A DNA stretch of 64,000 nucleotides from Lama guanicoe (lineage: Eukaryota). The notes under the pieces were generated by a model. It saw nothing but the letters and a program-made list of their open reading frames with translations, was not told the DNA's origin and made no database searches. A program made the position numbers and the translations under genes. This document shows positions 13,510 through 25,252 of this stretch, one piece after another; the first letter of the stretch is position 1; the number at the start of each line of letters is the position of its first letter. The stretch is from positions 5,747,530-5,811,529 of the forward strand of contig MU054541.1 of the NCBI GenBank assembly GCA_013239625.1, in the 5' to 3' direction.

Positions 13510-13797
13510 GGAAGTCAGAGAGATGCAGCAGCAGCAGATGTCGAAAGAATCTGAGTTATGGGAAGGACTAGACATGGCTTGTAGATGGAGGGGACCACCC
13601 GAAAGGTGTGAGAAGGAAGTGAATGCTGCCAACAACCAGTGAGCCTGGACGAGAACCCCGAGCCCAGGTGAAAACACACCTGGGCCAACACTTTAATCTT
13701 TAGCTGGGGAAGAGCCTGAGCAGAGAACTCAGCTACATCATGCCAAACTTCTGATGTACAGAAACTAGATTAATAAATGTGTTGCTTTAAGCCACTG
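13510..13797 (+). mobile_element. MaLR LTR fragment (MLT1E/F-like)
   Basis: tgaatgctgccaacaaccagtgagcctgg...cctgagcagagaactcagct...aataaatgtgttgctttaagccact. Confidence 0.7.
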
Positions 13798-16609
13798 TTT
13801 TAAAAATGAATATAATGCTAGGAGGTCCTGGGGCAGGCACATGCAAGATGTGGATTCAAATTCTAGCTTTGCCAACAACCCACCACATAACCTTGCACCA
13901 TGTCACCTGGTCCGTGAGTCTCACCTCCCATCTATAAATCGGGGGAGGGGCATATTAATTTCCACTTTCTAGAATAGTACAAAGAGCAAAGGGAAGCATG
14001 TTTGAAAGTACTTTGCACACCATCAGGCATCTTGTAAATGCAAGTTTCCACAATGAATCTCTTCCCCAGAAAAACCTATTGTGTTGATATGAATTCTGCA
14101 TTTCTCTCTCCATGTATCTTCCATTTTAATGGCGCATAAAATTTGCCAAATGCTTGTAAAATATTTGTGAAAAAACGACATAAAGGAATCTTAAATCTAA
14201 AAAGACAACATATTTATCGAGGAGGTTATTCCTCCCTCAACACACATTCATAAGCTTAAAATGCATTTTGGGACCCTCCTCTCTTAGGGAACAGCGTCTG
14301 GCTGAAAGCTTGTTGCCCAGACTCAGCACACGCAGTACAAGGGCTCCCTCTCCTCTCCCAGCAAACAGCACTTAGAAGCATTTTGACATTTGTGATCTCA
14401 CTTTGAGCTTCTAAGCCTGAGCTAAGACAGCTGAAATGGTGCTGTATGATAAATGGCTGGCCTCGAACCACACCACCAGTCAAGCAAAGCCAGGCCTGGA
14501 ACCGAAGCCATCTCACTGCAAGCTGGGTGTCTGATCCCCAGCCTTGCACTGCCCGGACTGGCAGAGGGCAGGGAGAACAGAGGACATCGCCGGCTTGTTC
14601 TGTGCCCCGGGTGACACAGATTTACCAACTTTCTCCAGATGCTCTGTTCACATGCCCTTGTGATGTCAGAGTACTGGGGCCAGACTGGAATTTGGGACAC
14701 ACCATGCTGGACAGTGTGTGGATTTCTGGACCTGTTTGCTTTTAGTTAAACAAACTGGCATGGCTTCAGAAAAATTAGTCCAGGCTACTGAATAATCAAA
14801 AGTCCCACAACTCACCTCGAGAAAACCTTCATATTCATTTTACTTAAATGTGTTCAACAGCATTAATGTCAACTCTCCCCAGAAGAAAATAACCCCCTCA
14901 AATCATGCCCAGGCATTAAGGAACCACAAGACAAAATGGCTAATGTCAGACTTAATATGCTTCTCATCAAAAGCCTGGATCCCAGTTTTAACCCCCCCCC
15001 CAAAAAAAAGGAAAACCGATAAAACTGAAAGACATAAAGGGAGAAAATGGAATTCAAAGCACTTCTTTACACAGATCAGAAATTCATGAAGTTCATTATT
15101 TAGAACCCCATTTGTTGCTTCTGAAACTGCCAATCGACTGATTTATTTAATGTGAGGCCATAAATGCCCTTTCGAGTACCAGCTAGTAATGTCAACAGGG
15201 GACGATCTGGATCCGAGTTAATCACTTTGAGTCTTTATTATAAACATTAAAAGGAACTGATGACAATGTAGCTCGGATTTGTGGGGAAGAGGTGAACAGT
15301 TTGGCTTTTGGAGTCAGTACTTTGACCCAGCTGTAACTCCAGTTCCAGTATTAGCAAGTCAGATGCACATCACTGCGTTATTTCTCTAATGAATCACCTT
15401 CCAGCTCCTGTCTCCTGCCCTTCCCCTCTAGCTGAACCCCAGGGGGGTGACTGGGGATGATCTCAGGGGGTGGCCCTTTGTCCTAGGCATGCTTTCAGAC
15501 AAACTACAACCCAGACTCTAAATGATTATTTGAAATAATAAATTATATCTTACATATGCCTCCACTGAATATGCAGACAACTGAGACAGGAGGACATTCT
15601 CTTGGGACTCACACACAACAGTAAAGGCAAGCTCAGAATTACTGGCTGATGAAAGAACAGCTTTCAAGGAGTTTGGCATTTTTTTTCCAGCTACCACTCA
15701 TCAGCAGTATGACCCCTGGCAAGACACGAACACAAAACCATTTTTGCTTTCTCTATGAAACAGATCCAAAATCTGCTCCCTTTATCTCATAAGATTGTTC
15801 TCGAAAGTTCTTTAAAAAAAAACCCCACATATATAAATATATAAATAATACACTATAATTGCTATTAAATTATTTGAAGAAATTCATTTCTTTCTCATAA
15901 TGTAGAGCTGGATACTATCTTTAAGGCCTAAAAAAAAAAAAAACTAGATTTACTATCTAACAAATGAAAATAATTGAATTACAGAAAAACCTAATTCTAA
16001 TTCTCCAGACTCACTAGATTCATAATTTACATTGCAATGAGTTTGCTGGTTAGGGGATTAATTAAAATCACTGCTGTATAAAATGGTTCATTCAATAATT
16101 CTTTGGGAATGCAAATTCAAGTTCAGCAAATAATAAGCAGACTTCAAAAATGAAATCATGTTGGCATTCTAGGAGACGATTAAGCAAATTAAGAAACCAT
16201 AACCCAAACATGTTTTTAAATGATCTTACTGATTTCCCAAAACTGAAAACTCAGAACATGAAATTCTAATTATAAGTCAATTGTAAACCTTTGTTCTCAG
16301 GTATCATATTAGAAGCATATAACATTCAATAAAAGGGCATCAACACCACTATAGGAACGTGAGCTTTTAGTTTTGCAATGACATGCGTTTGAGTTGTTAA
16401 CCAGTGGAATATCACACATACAACAAAAGACCCTGCAACAAGCGAGGGTATAACAGTTGCTCCCCTTTCTTATAAGAAGCAAAGTAGCAAGAGTGTCTTC
16501 TGTACATGGCATTGTAGATTTGGGTGCTTTCTGTCCATTCTGAACCTAAGATTTAATAGTGATTTGGTTGGCTCCTGGATGATAAAATTGAATGTGTCTA
16601 GAAGTATAC

Positions 16610-16656
16610 AGCGTAACAAAAAATAAACACACTTGATTTCCTGCTCCACATTTATT
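16610..16656 (-). terminator. Polyadenylation signal AATAAA (16656-16651) with downstream GU/U-rich element
   Basis: Minus strand reads AATAAA tgtggagcaggaaatca ag TGTGTTTATTTTTTGTT, with a CA about 17 nt after the hexamer and a UGUA upstream. Other AATAAA hexamers at 19135-19140 and 18782-18787 could be proximal sites. Confidence 0.65.
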
Positions 16657-19600
16657 GGGGCCAGAAAGACTAAAACAGCTATTCTCCTCTCCAATACTTG
16701 GAAAAATACAACACAACAGCAATTTCTTAAATATACAACAAAACTTTCTAAATCATGAATTAAATGAGATGTAATAGCCTATAGACATCAATTGTAACAG
16801 CTTTATAAAATGTCATTTATCTAAGGCATCCTGAAACTGTCTATAAAGCTACACATATACACACAATTCTATATACATAAAGGCATCCATTCATGACCAG
16901 GAAGTTTTTTAGAAGCACTGTGTAGGGAAGGCTAGAGTAATACATACGTAGATTCTTATCATCTTTAAGAGACAATTTGGAGCTCCAAGAAACAGTGATT
17001 CACATTCAAATAAGCGTGTAGATTTTCAAACCTGGATAGGTAAGAGTCTTGTGATGCGAGCTACAAGAAAATTCACACAGTGAATTGTTTTTCAAAGGCC
17101 TCTTTCAAACTAAAGATTTAAAGTCTGGAACAAATATCCACGGCATGAACAAACAGGATGCTTAAAAGTCTAAAACTTGCTTCCATACGGCTTTCCTCTC
17201 CCACCTTCCCTACCTAATAACAAGGAAAAAAATTCCTAGAAGGGGCGACAGCTAGATGTTGTGCCATTCCATCCAATAGCTTTTCTGGAAGGTGAGTTAT
17301 TCCACCCAGATTACAAGGCAGTGAAGAAATTTTTTTTTTAAATTTCTATTTCAAATGGCCTCCACTACTCCAAACACAAAAAGATTTTTGCCACAACATC
17401 CAAATAGTATTACATAGACACCCTATTTCTTCCTAGAACAGAAAGGCTACTGGGAAAGGATAGAACTGATAAACAGAGAGAGAGGAAGGAGACAAGGTTA
17501 AACCTTTTCTCTGGCCAGTTATCGGAAATGAAAACATCAGTCTCTGTTATCAAAGTTGTCAGCTTTCCCCGTTATAAACAAAATCTCTAGGCTGCCCTGC
17601 AACTCGCCCTTTGATGCACCGGAGATATATTTGGGTTTTAACCAACCAACCTGTGCCTGTTGATTCTGAAAATATCACACAAGCTAGCGATTTAAGGAAG
17701 ACGTCACCATTTTTCAGGCACTTTTTAACATTTAAAAACTTAAATCCAGTTATTTTAAATCTATTTGACAAACACCCCCAACTCCCCATCCCCTACAAAA
17801 AAAAAAAAAAGTAAGCTAATTCGTTCATAGGATCTCGGTGAGAGGACAAGTTCCTTCAATTTAGCCAAGGAAAGAGCAGAGATGTTTTCTTCCACCTTTA
17901 CTCCAAATTCAGGAGCTCTGCCTCTGATAACACAGCATTTCAGGTTACTTGAAATAAGCCCCTGTTTAAGGAATCATCTTGGAGGGTACACTAATGAAAG
18001 AATATATTGCCAAGGCTGACAATTTTGATACAAAAATTCAATTTCAGCTGAGTTCCTGTGATCCCCTGAGCAGTTAAAAATGCCCTGCACTATAATGAGG
18101 CAGTGTAAGACAAAGCAAATTATTCAAATCTATGTACATTTCTATTTATACCAATATGAAATACAGTGATAGAAGATACCGATTTTTTTTCTGAAGTGTT
18201 TGTAGAGTGTCAAGGGAAAATAAAGACATTTAATATTGAGAAATTTCTAACGCATGATTAAAAATCTTTTTTGGTTGGTTGCCATTCAAAAGTTGTCCCA
18301 GAGTTCTCATCTGTGTTCTATACAAACTGTAAATAAAAATGCACAAGGCCAATAGACGTACTATACATATATCAGATACCAATATGTACACGTGAATTAA
18401 AGCTCCTTAAATATACACATCCCCACTTAGGATACATTCCATTACATTGGCAAAGCATCATTCTTTAATAACAGGTCCGGGATAGCAGCAATTTAATAGT
18501 CTAGTTACCCACTCACCTCAGAAAACATCACAGGTCCTGACAGTTCCCGATGTGGTGCCCCAGCTTCAAGGAGCGCTGTCCACTAACATTTAATACGGTC
18601 CTCGCGAAGCACCGGGCTACACTGCTAATGGCAGTTACACAATCCTGTCATTAGAGTAAAAGGTGTTGTCTTTTCAAAACTCATTTACTCAAAATCTGAC
18701 TCACAGTATAATGGGAAAAAATAAGCCACAGTGAGGTGAGGCAAATCCTAACTACTTGAGATACATATAAAGCACTTGCATTTTATTTCTTAGGTATTTT
18801 TTGTTGTTTTATCAGCGCCCTGTACATACAAAAAGCACTTCGATTGCCCTAACAGATGTTGAAAGAGCACAACTTTGCTGGGAAGAGAGCTTCTCTGAAT
18901 CGTATTTGAAAATACGTAAATAACTTGACTTTCAATTAGTGTTTTACACACCGAGATGGTATGATATCATACTAAGGACTGTATGAAGAGTTTTATCTAT
19001 GAATTGAAACCTTTAGGGAACTTATGAACTTGTAACTAAAATTTATATATATAATATGCAAAAAATCTTTAGGTTGATTTATAATGAACCATATTAGTCC
19101 CAGAAGGAAAGACAGAATGGCTTTTAAGTAAACATTTATTTCACGTGTACCATTGGGTATATCTGTGCACATCCAGTGAATAAAAATTCTGGGCAGGCAG
19201 CAAGTTACATGGATTCTAGATGTCCCCAAGGATTTTAATATCTACGCTTGGTGTATACTTTTAGGTCCAGTTCTAAATCTGTTGGGTGCATAAACAGAGT
19301 GCTCAAGAAAGGTCCCTGTTACCTCTGATGAAGATTTTTAATCTCTGCCACACTACTCAGACTTCATAAAAACAATCCTGTAGACCACAGCTACTGGCTG
19401 GAAGAGAGGTTTACCACCCAGGGGAGAGATACTAACTCAGACCAGATTGTTTTACCTGCAGCAGCCCTTTTCCTGGGAAGGGACAACTCCCTCTGCACAG
19501 CAGTTTCTCCAGCTTGAAGCTGAGATCACACAAGGAGAAACCGATTGTGTTTCTGCCAAGTTACTGGCAGAACGCTGGGAACAGCACACCCAGTAACCGG

Positions 19601-20165
19601 CAGGGGCAGAACCACCATAGCAAGATAAGCAGCCCTCTTATCGTTCTTATAAGAATTCTAATTCTTCTAAGAATTTCCCCTTCAACAGTCTTATCCTTCC
19701 CCTGCTACATGAGGTTTTCCCCCATGCTTCTCATGGTGGTCAAATCAACACAGAACAGACTGGCTCCTCGGTTATCAAGTGTGTTGCCAGCCATGACAAC
19801 ACCTTTATTACACCGAATGTTCCTTCGGGCTCCTTGGATTTGGCTGGAAGTTGAATAGTCCAGTGGGATCCTTTGGATGATGACATGGTGATGTGTTAAG
19901 TTCCTCCCCATTGATCCCAAAGCTTCCCGACATGTTCCGTGAACACAACCTGGACTGTCGAACCTGGTTCTCTTTACACGGGAACACACATCAGTGCTTG
20001 GCCTTTCTGGATGCCAAAGGTGGGCAGGCAAGTTCAAAGTCTGGACACAGAGGCACTTCCAAAGTTTGACAAGGAGGAGGAGGCGAGTTCACTAAGTGGG
20101 GCTTTATCACTGTGCTGTCTCATACGACCCAGACATCTCTGGCACATGGACACAGACAGAGAGCT
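16633..20165 (-). other. RNF144B: Probable RNF144B 3' UTR (~3.5 kb)
   Basis: Follows the stop codon, is essentially free of recognisable interspersed repeats, is AU-rich, and ends at a well-formed poly(A) site. The end coordinate is inferred. Confidence 0.7.
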
Positions 20166-20306
20166 TTAGGTTGTGGATGGGTCGTGCTTTTTCTTCTTGC
20201 CCCGGCAGGACTTGCAGACACAACAGATTATACAAGGGGAAGCCAGGAGCAGCAAGGGTGAAGTCACCAAGGCAATGATGCCCAATCCCACAAGAATCCC
20301 GACCAC
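20166..20306 (-). CDS. RNF144B: RNF144B last coding exon (8), 141 nt including TAA: transmembrane helix, Cys cluster, basic tail
   Basis: gcatttccag|GTG GTC GGG...ACA ACC TAA. Translates [46 protein letters not shown]. The six exons total 747 nt = 248 aa + stop, which fits the ~303-aa protein minus the ~55 aa of the upstream exon. Confidence 0.97.
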
Positions 20307-20373
20307 CTGGAAATGCAGAAGAAAAGCCTATTTCAGCAGTTAAATCTTCCTATGTGTTTACTCTACCACCACC

Positions 20374-20738
20374 TGTGGACCATCTGTGTCTCCCCTAAAT
20401 TCTTATGTTGAAACCCTAGTCCCCGATATGATGATGTTTGGAAATGGGGGCCTTTGGTTGGTCATTAGGACATGAGGTTGGAGTCCTCATGATGGGATTA
20501 GTCCCCTTTGAAGAAGAGACACCAGAGAGCCTGCTTCTTCTCTCTCCACTATCTGTCACATGAGGACATGGTGAGAAGACAGTCAACAGTACACCACGTG
20601 GAGGGTCCTCACCACAACCCAACCACGCCGCTGCCCATCTCAGACTTCCAGTCTTCACAACTGTGAGAAATACATTTCTGCTGTTTAAGCTGCCCGGTCT
20701 ACGGTAATTTGTGACAGCAGCCAGAACTGATCAGGACA
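20374..20738 (+). mobile_element. MLT1A-like solo LTR, full length, in intron 7
   Basis: TG...CA termini with 5-bp TSD ccacc/ccatc; begins 67 nt from the exon 8 acceptor. Confidence 0.9.
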
Positions 20739-21469
20739 CCATCTCAGGCACATACAGCAGTTACAATCATGGGAACTTTTAGCTGGTGCCCAGCATTGGT
20801 CTGAACTGGATCTAAACCAGGGAGATACCAAGGACTCAATCAAAGGTGAGAAGGGCAAGCCAAATGCTAACTCGGGCTCCGATGCAAGCTCCGAGTGACC
20901 GTGGATTGTTGGCGTTGGCTCGCTCCACCCGAGCGTCCTCAACCGTCTCAGAGGGTTGTTCATAATGGTGACTAAGCTATTAACACGGACTCCCTCCAAA
21001 GGAATACGGCCTGCAATAACTACAAAATATTATTAAAAATAAACCAGGACTCCCTTTGAACCTGCCATGTAAACATATGGAGGTGTATACAAAAGGATCT
21101 GAGCCCCAGCAGGGGCTCGTGGGGTGTCAGAGCCCTGCCTTTCACAGCAGAGGGCTTTAGGAAAGTCATCCTATCACTTTTTTTTTTTTTTAAGGAGGAA
21201 AGAGCATCCACCTTCATCCTGCAGGTCACTGTTACTTCCCTGGCCGCCCCATGGCCCGGCCCCTTCGCTTCTCCTCTAGGAGACGGCACCCATGAATTAA
21301 CGTCAGGCACTCGCTCCATTGCCTTTCGCTTGCTCTGCCCCTGAACCCCCGGAACCTCTCGGGCTGGGAGGGAGGGGTAAGAGGGAACAGAGTGGGGAGG
21401 ATGACCAACTGCGCTTTTTCAGTCATCCTAAGTCTGGTTTCTCTCATGCTCCTTTTCGGGTCAGGGTAC

Positions 21470-21559
21470 CTGTGTTCGGTTCCACATCACTGAGGCTCTC
21501 GAGTGGCCGAGTTTATTCCTACACGGCCCTTTGTCATAATGTCTGAGGAAAATGTCATT
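21470..21559 (-). CDS. RNF144B: RNF144B coding exon 7, 90 nt: end of RING2 and juxtamembrane segment
   Basis: tttgcttttcag|AAT GAC ATT...ACA CAG|gtaccc. Translates [30 protein letters not shown]; inside ORF-track entry 21461..21649. Confidence 0.97.
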
Positions 21560-21949
21560 CTGAAAAGCAAAGAGAGAGGTTTCGGTAAACACGCAGTTTT
21601 GAACTGGGAGGTGGATACTAACGACATCAGAGCACCTCAGCGGAAGCAAAGACTCCTTCTGGTGATGCTAATGACAGCCTCTAGGAATTCCGAGCCCGTC
21701 ATCTTCAGACAGTGTCTCAGTTTCACAGATCATTGAGTAAAAACTGATTATACTTATTATGACTGTTGATTGATTCTTAAAAAAGATTAATGACCTGACC
21801 AATTGTCTTTGAAAGGTCGCTCAAGCAGGGGTGTGGTATGGAATGAGAGTGCTCTAAGTGAGGCAGCTAAAAGGCCACTGAATTAAACCAGCGGAGATTA
21901 AGTGTCAGGGGCTGAGAGAGAGAAGACGTAAATACAGTCATGCGACATT

Positions 21950-22700
21950 AAGAGGGCATAACTCACTAGATGGGGACAGGCAGAAGAAATCACAGAGGAG
22001 GGAGAAGCACTGGGTGGAGGGCAGTGGCTCTAGGGAGGGAATGACAGCATAGAGATGGATTTGGTTGGGAAGATGATGGTCACGGTTTGGATGTGTTGGA
22101 CTTGAGAGATACCTGAGACAGCCAGGCAGTACTGTGCAAAAGGCAGCTGATTACATAGATCTGGACTTGGGAAGCAGTGTCTTTGGATTGAAGAGACCAC
22201 AGAAGTAGATGAGATGACCCAGGGAGAGGGTGCAGATGCAAAGGGAGAAGCCAAGAGGCTACGGAACACCCGCATTTAAGGATGGGCTAAGGCTAACACA
22301 ATATTGTAAATCAACAGTACTTCAATTTTTCAAAATGCATTAAAAAAAAAATAGAATGGGCCAGGGAAAGAGTCTGGAAAGGAAACTGAGAAGTGGCCAG
22401 AAACAAAGGAAAATCAGAAGAGATGGTATCACTGGCACAGTGATGGTCAAGATGTCAAAACAAAAGCCGCAGAGAGTCCAAGTAAGACGAGGACTGAAGT
22501 ATCCATTGAACCTTTCCCCACAGCAATCCCGCAGAGCCTGGGAAGAATACAGTCAGGGTGGGACTACGTGGGAATCTGCGTACCGGAGGGTTTTGCTAGA
22601 TGCGATTCTGCTTTTCTGAGAACGGGCTTCTACAGGAAGGAAATAGCACGGCAGTAAGGGAGAGATGTAGGCTTGAGAAAAGTGTTATTCATTTTCAAAT
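21950..22700 (-). mobile_element. L2 fragment
   Basis: ggtttggatgtgttggacttgagagatacctgagacagcc...gtagatgagatgacccagggagagggtgcag. Confidence 0.6.
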
Positions 22701-24208
22701 GGGACACAGTGGAGTGCCTGGGTATGCTGGAGAGCAGAGACAAGAAGCAGAAGTCACAGGAGAGAGAAGATATAACCAAAGGGGACACGTCTCTGAGGTT
22801 CCCAAAGCAGAAGGCGAAGAATATTTCATTCACTGAAACAGCAGAGATGAGAATCAGGGCAGGAACAAACCCAATTCCCCACAGCAAAACTCAAAACCAT
22901 TCTTTTCGGTGTCTGTCTCAGGCTTGGCTTTTGGACAATCACCCTTCTCCTAGACCCATGCTCTAAAACTTTCCTATAAACAAAGATCAACACCATCATC
23001 TGACATGGAACACTTGCCTACAGAAAACCCTCATGACCAACAAGCCCATGTCCTTAGCTAAAACTGAGACAGTGAGATCTCGAAAAACAATGACCAGGAG
23101 AAGATGCTGTGTAGCTAGCAATTGAACATCTGTACCATTTCACCTCGCACACCAGAACAGCACAAGGGACAGAACACTGTGTTCTTAGCAACGCCATACC
23201 CCAAACATATTTCAGCCAAAGGATGGAGAGATCTGGGGCACATATTTATTCCCTTACACTCCTGCCTCCTAAAGAGAACCTCATGGGCTCAGCCTCCTTG
23301 TGGATATGAATGCAATTAATAGTCTGGTTAAACCTGAAGGAAAATTTTTTAAAAAGTAAGATTTCTTTCATTTGTAAAGCATGAAGGGGGAAAATCATGA
23401 GGCAAATCCTGATCCAGAATCTGTCACTGATTTGAACTAGGAGGGGTCTCTAATATCAAACATAATTGTAATTCAAGGAGTTACAGTAAGTAGAATTTTT
23501 TTTAAAGAAAGAAAATATGTTTATCAACCTGAGCTGCTGAGCTTCTAGAATCTAAAATATCAGTTTTCTTCTCCCCAGTGCACACCTCACCTTGAAACCC
23601 TGACATCATTAAGCTGATGAAGGCTCTTACTCGTAGGTGTCAGCCTAAACCACTTCCCTCATTTTCTGTTAAAACTCAGGCCTGTGTGGTCACCATGCAT
23701 CTCACGTTTTAACTGCGCTCACTTGCTGAGCGTGGATGATACTAAAACCCTGACACAAGTGGCCTATCGAACTGAAGCAGACTGAGCGGTTATAATGAGA
23801 AGCTGTGAAAAGAACAGCCACCCATCCAACCAGGAGTGAGGGCTCCCACTGGAACGGACCTCCTCTATAGGCCCAAATTGCCAAAGTAGGGAATCCCGAT
23901 AAACAGCCCGTGCCGCCCAAGCTGTAAAACACTAGCCTTGAAAACAACAGAATTCTCACCAGTCTTTCACCCCTTTTCATCCGGAGGTTACCACTGGCCT
24001 CAGCACTGGACTGAATTTGAGAAGACAGACTTCCTGCTCGGTGGAGGTGTGGGCGGATAATTAGGCCAGACCTCTTTAGGTGCAAAGGGGACCCTGACAG
24101 AACAGTAAAATCCTGCTATGAAGCCCATGAATGAGATAATAATTAAGAGACACTATTGATTTGAATGGCTTTTCCCCTTAAATTCAAAAAGAAAAAAACC
24201 AGTCTAAC

Positions 24209-24712
24209 TGTGGCAGGCAGAATAACTGCTCCCCTAAAGATGCTGGTGGCCTGTTTCCCAGAACTTGTGACTATGTTACCAAGTCCCTTCTGCCGTGTGG
24301 AGTGAGTGTGATTAAAGGCCTTGAGACAGGGGAGATTACCCTGTGTTACCCAGACGGCCCGAATCTAATCACACCGGTCCTCAAAGGCAGAGACGCTTGC
24401 CCGGCTGGTGCCAGAGGGAATGGCTCTGGAAGCCACGACGAAGGAAGGAGGGTCAGAGAGACGTGATGCCGCTGCCTTTGAAGATGGGAAAGGGGGCCAC
24501 AGGCCAAGGAACGCAGGCAGCCTCCAGACGCTAAAATAGGCAAAGAAGTGGATTCTCTCCTCAAGCTTCCAGAAAGAACGCATCCCCGAGGACACTTGGA
24601 TTTTAATCCAGTGAGGCCCGTGCCAGACTTCCAATGTACAGAACTAACCAGAAGAAACGTATTACCACAAGTCTGTAGTAATCGGTTACAAGAGCAACAT
24701 AAAACGACTACA
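24209..24712 (+). mobile_element. MLT1D-like solo LTR, full length
   Basis: tgtggcaggcagaataa...CA termini with 5-bp TSD ctaac/ctaag; ~500 bp. Confidence 0.88.
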
Positions 24713-24900
24713 CTAAGAGTCCTGGACAAAACAGAATAAGATGCTGCCCCCAAAGCAGGAAACATCCCTAAAACAAAAGCTTGCCCCTAGAGTTAAGGTG
24801 ACACCCCTATGGTAATCACAGAGAGATCCCTGAACTAGCAGGCTGTGGAACTCTCATGAGGAAAAACAGAATCGCTTTGCAGAACCAAAACAGGCTCAGT

Positions 24901-25005
24901 ATTGTATTTATTTATCTTTATTTAACGGAGGTACCGGGGATTGGACCCCGGACCTGGTGTATGCTAAGCACACACTCTACCACTGAGCTATACCTTCCCC
25001 TCCTG
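24901..25005 (-). mobile_element. Camelid tRNA-derived SINE (Vic-1-like), short form, sense to RNF144B in intron 6
   Basis: Reverse complement GGGGAAGGTATAGCTCAGTGGTAGAGTGTGTGCTTAGCATAC...GGTCCAATCCCC then AAATAAAGATAAATAAAT. Flanking repeat ggctcagt at 24893-24900 and 25006-25013. Confidence 0.88.
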
Positions 25006-25107
25006 GGCTCAGTGTTTTAAAAGGAAAGCCCGTGGGATCCTGGCTGCTGCAGATACAGTGCAAAGAAAGACCAGATCACACGAGGAGGCTCTTCCAAGTG
25101 AACTTAC

Positions 25108-25252
25108 GTCCAGGTTCTGGAGGCAGTACCAGCAAAACGTATGCTTGCAGTTCTTACACATCATCTGAGCGCAGCCTTCGTTGCGTTCGATGTAAACCCG
25201 GCACACTGGGCACTGCTTAATGGGGGCTTCTGCCTCTGTCCCGAAGAGGGGC
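25108..25252 (-). CDS. RNF144B: RNF144B coding exon 6, 145 nt: RING2/Rcat with catalytic Cys (EGCAQM)
   Basis: ttcctcttgtttcgag|G CCC CTC...CTG GAC|gtaagt. Translates (G)[48 protein letters not shown]; overlaps ORF-track entry 25009..25206. Confidence 0.97.

Noticed and set aside
15485-15494. p53 half-site AGGCATGCTT (RNF144B is a reported p53-family target)
   Set aside because: It is a single decamer with no adjacent second half-site, which is expected by chance.
17002-18733. miRNA 7-mer seed matches in the UTR (miR-181 at 17002, miR-128 at 17076 and 18727, miR-27 at 18701)
   Set aside because: Isolated 7-mers are expected in 3.5 kb and cannot be supported without conservation data.
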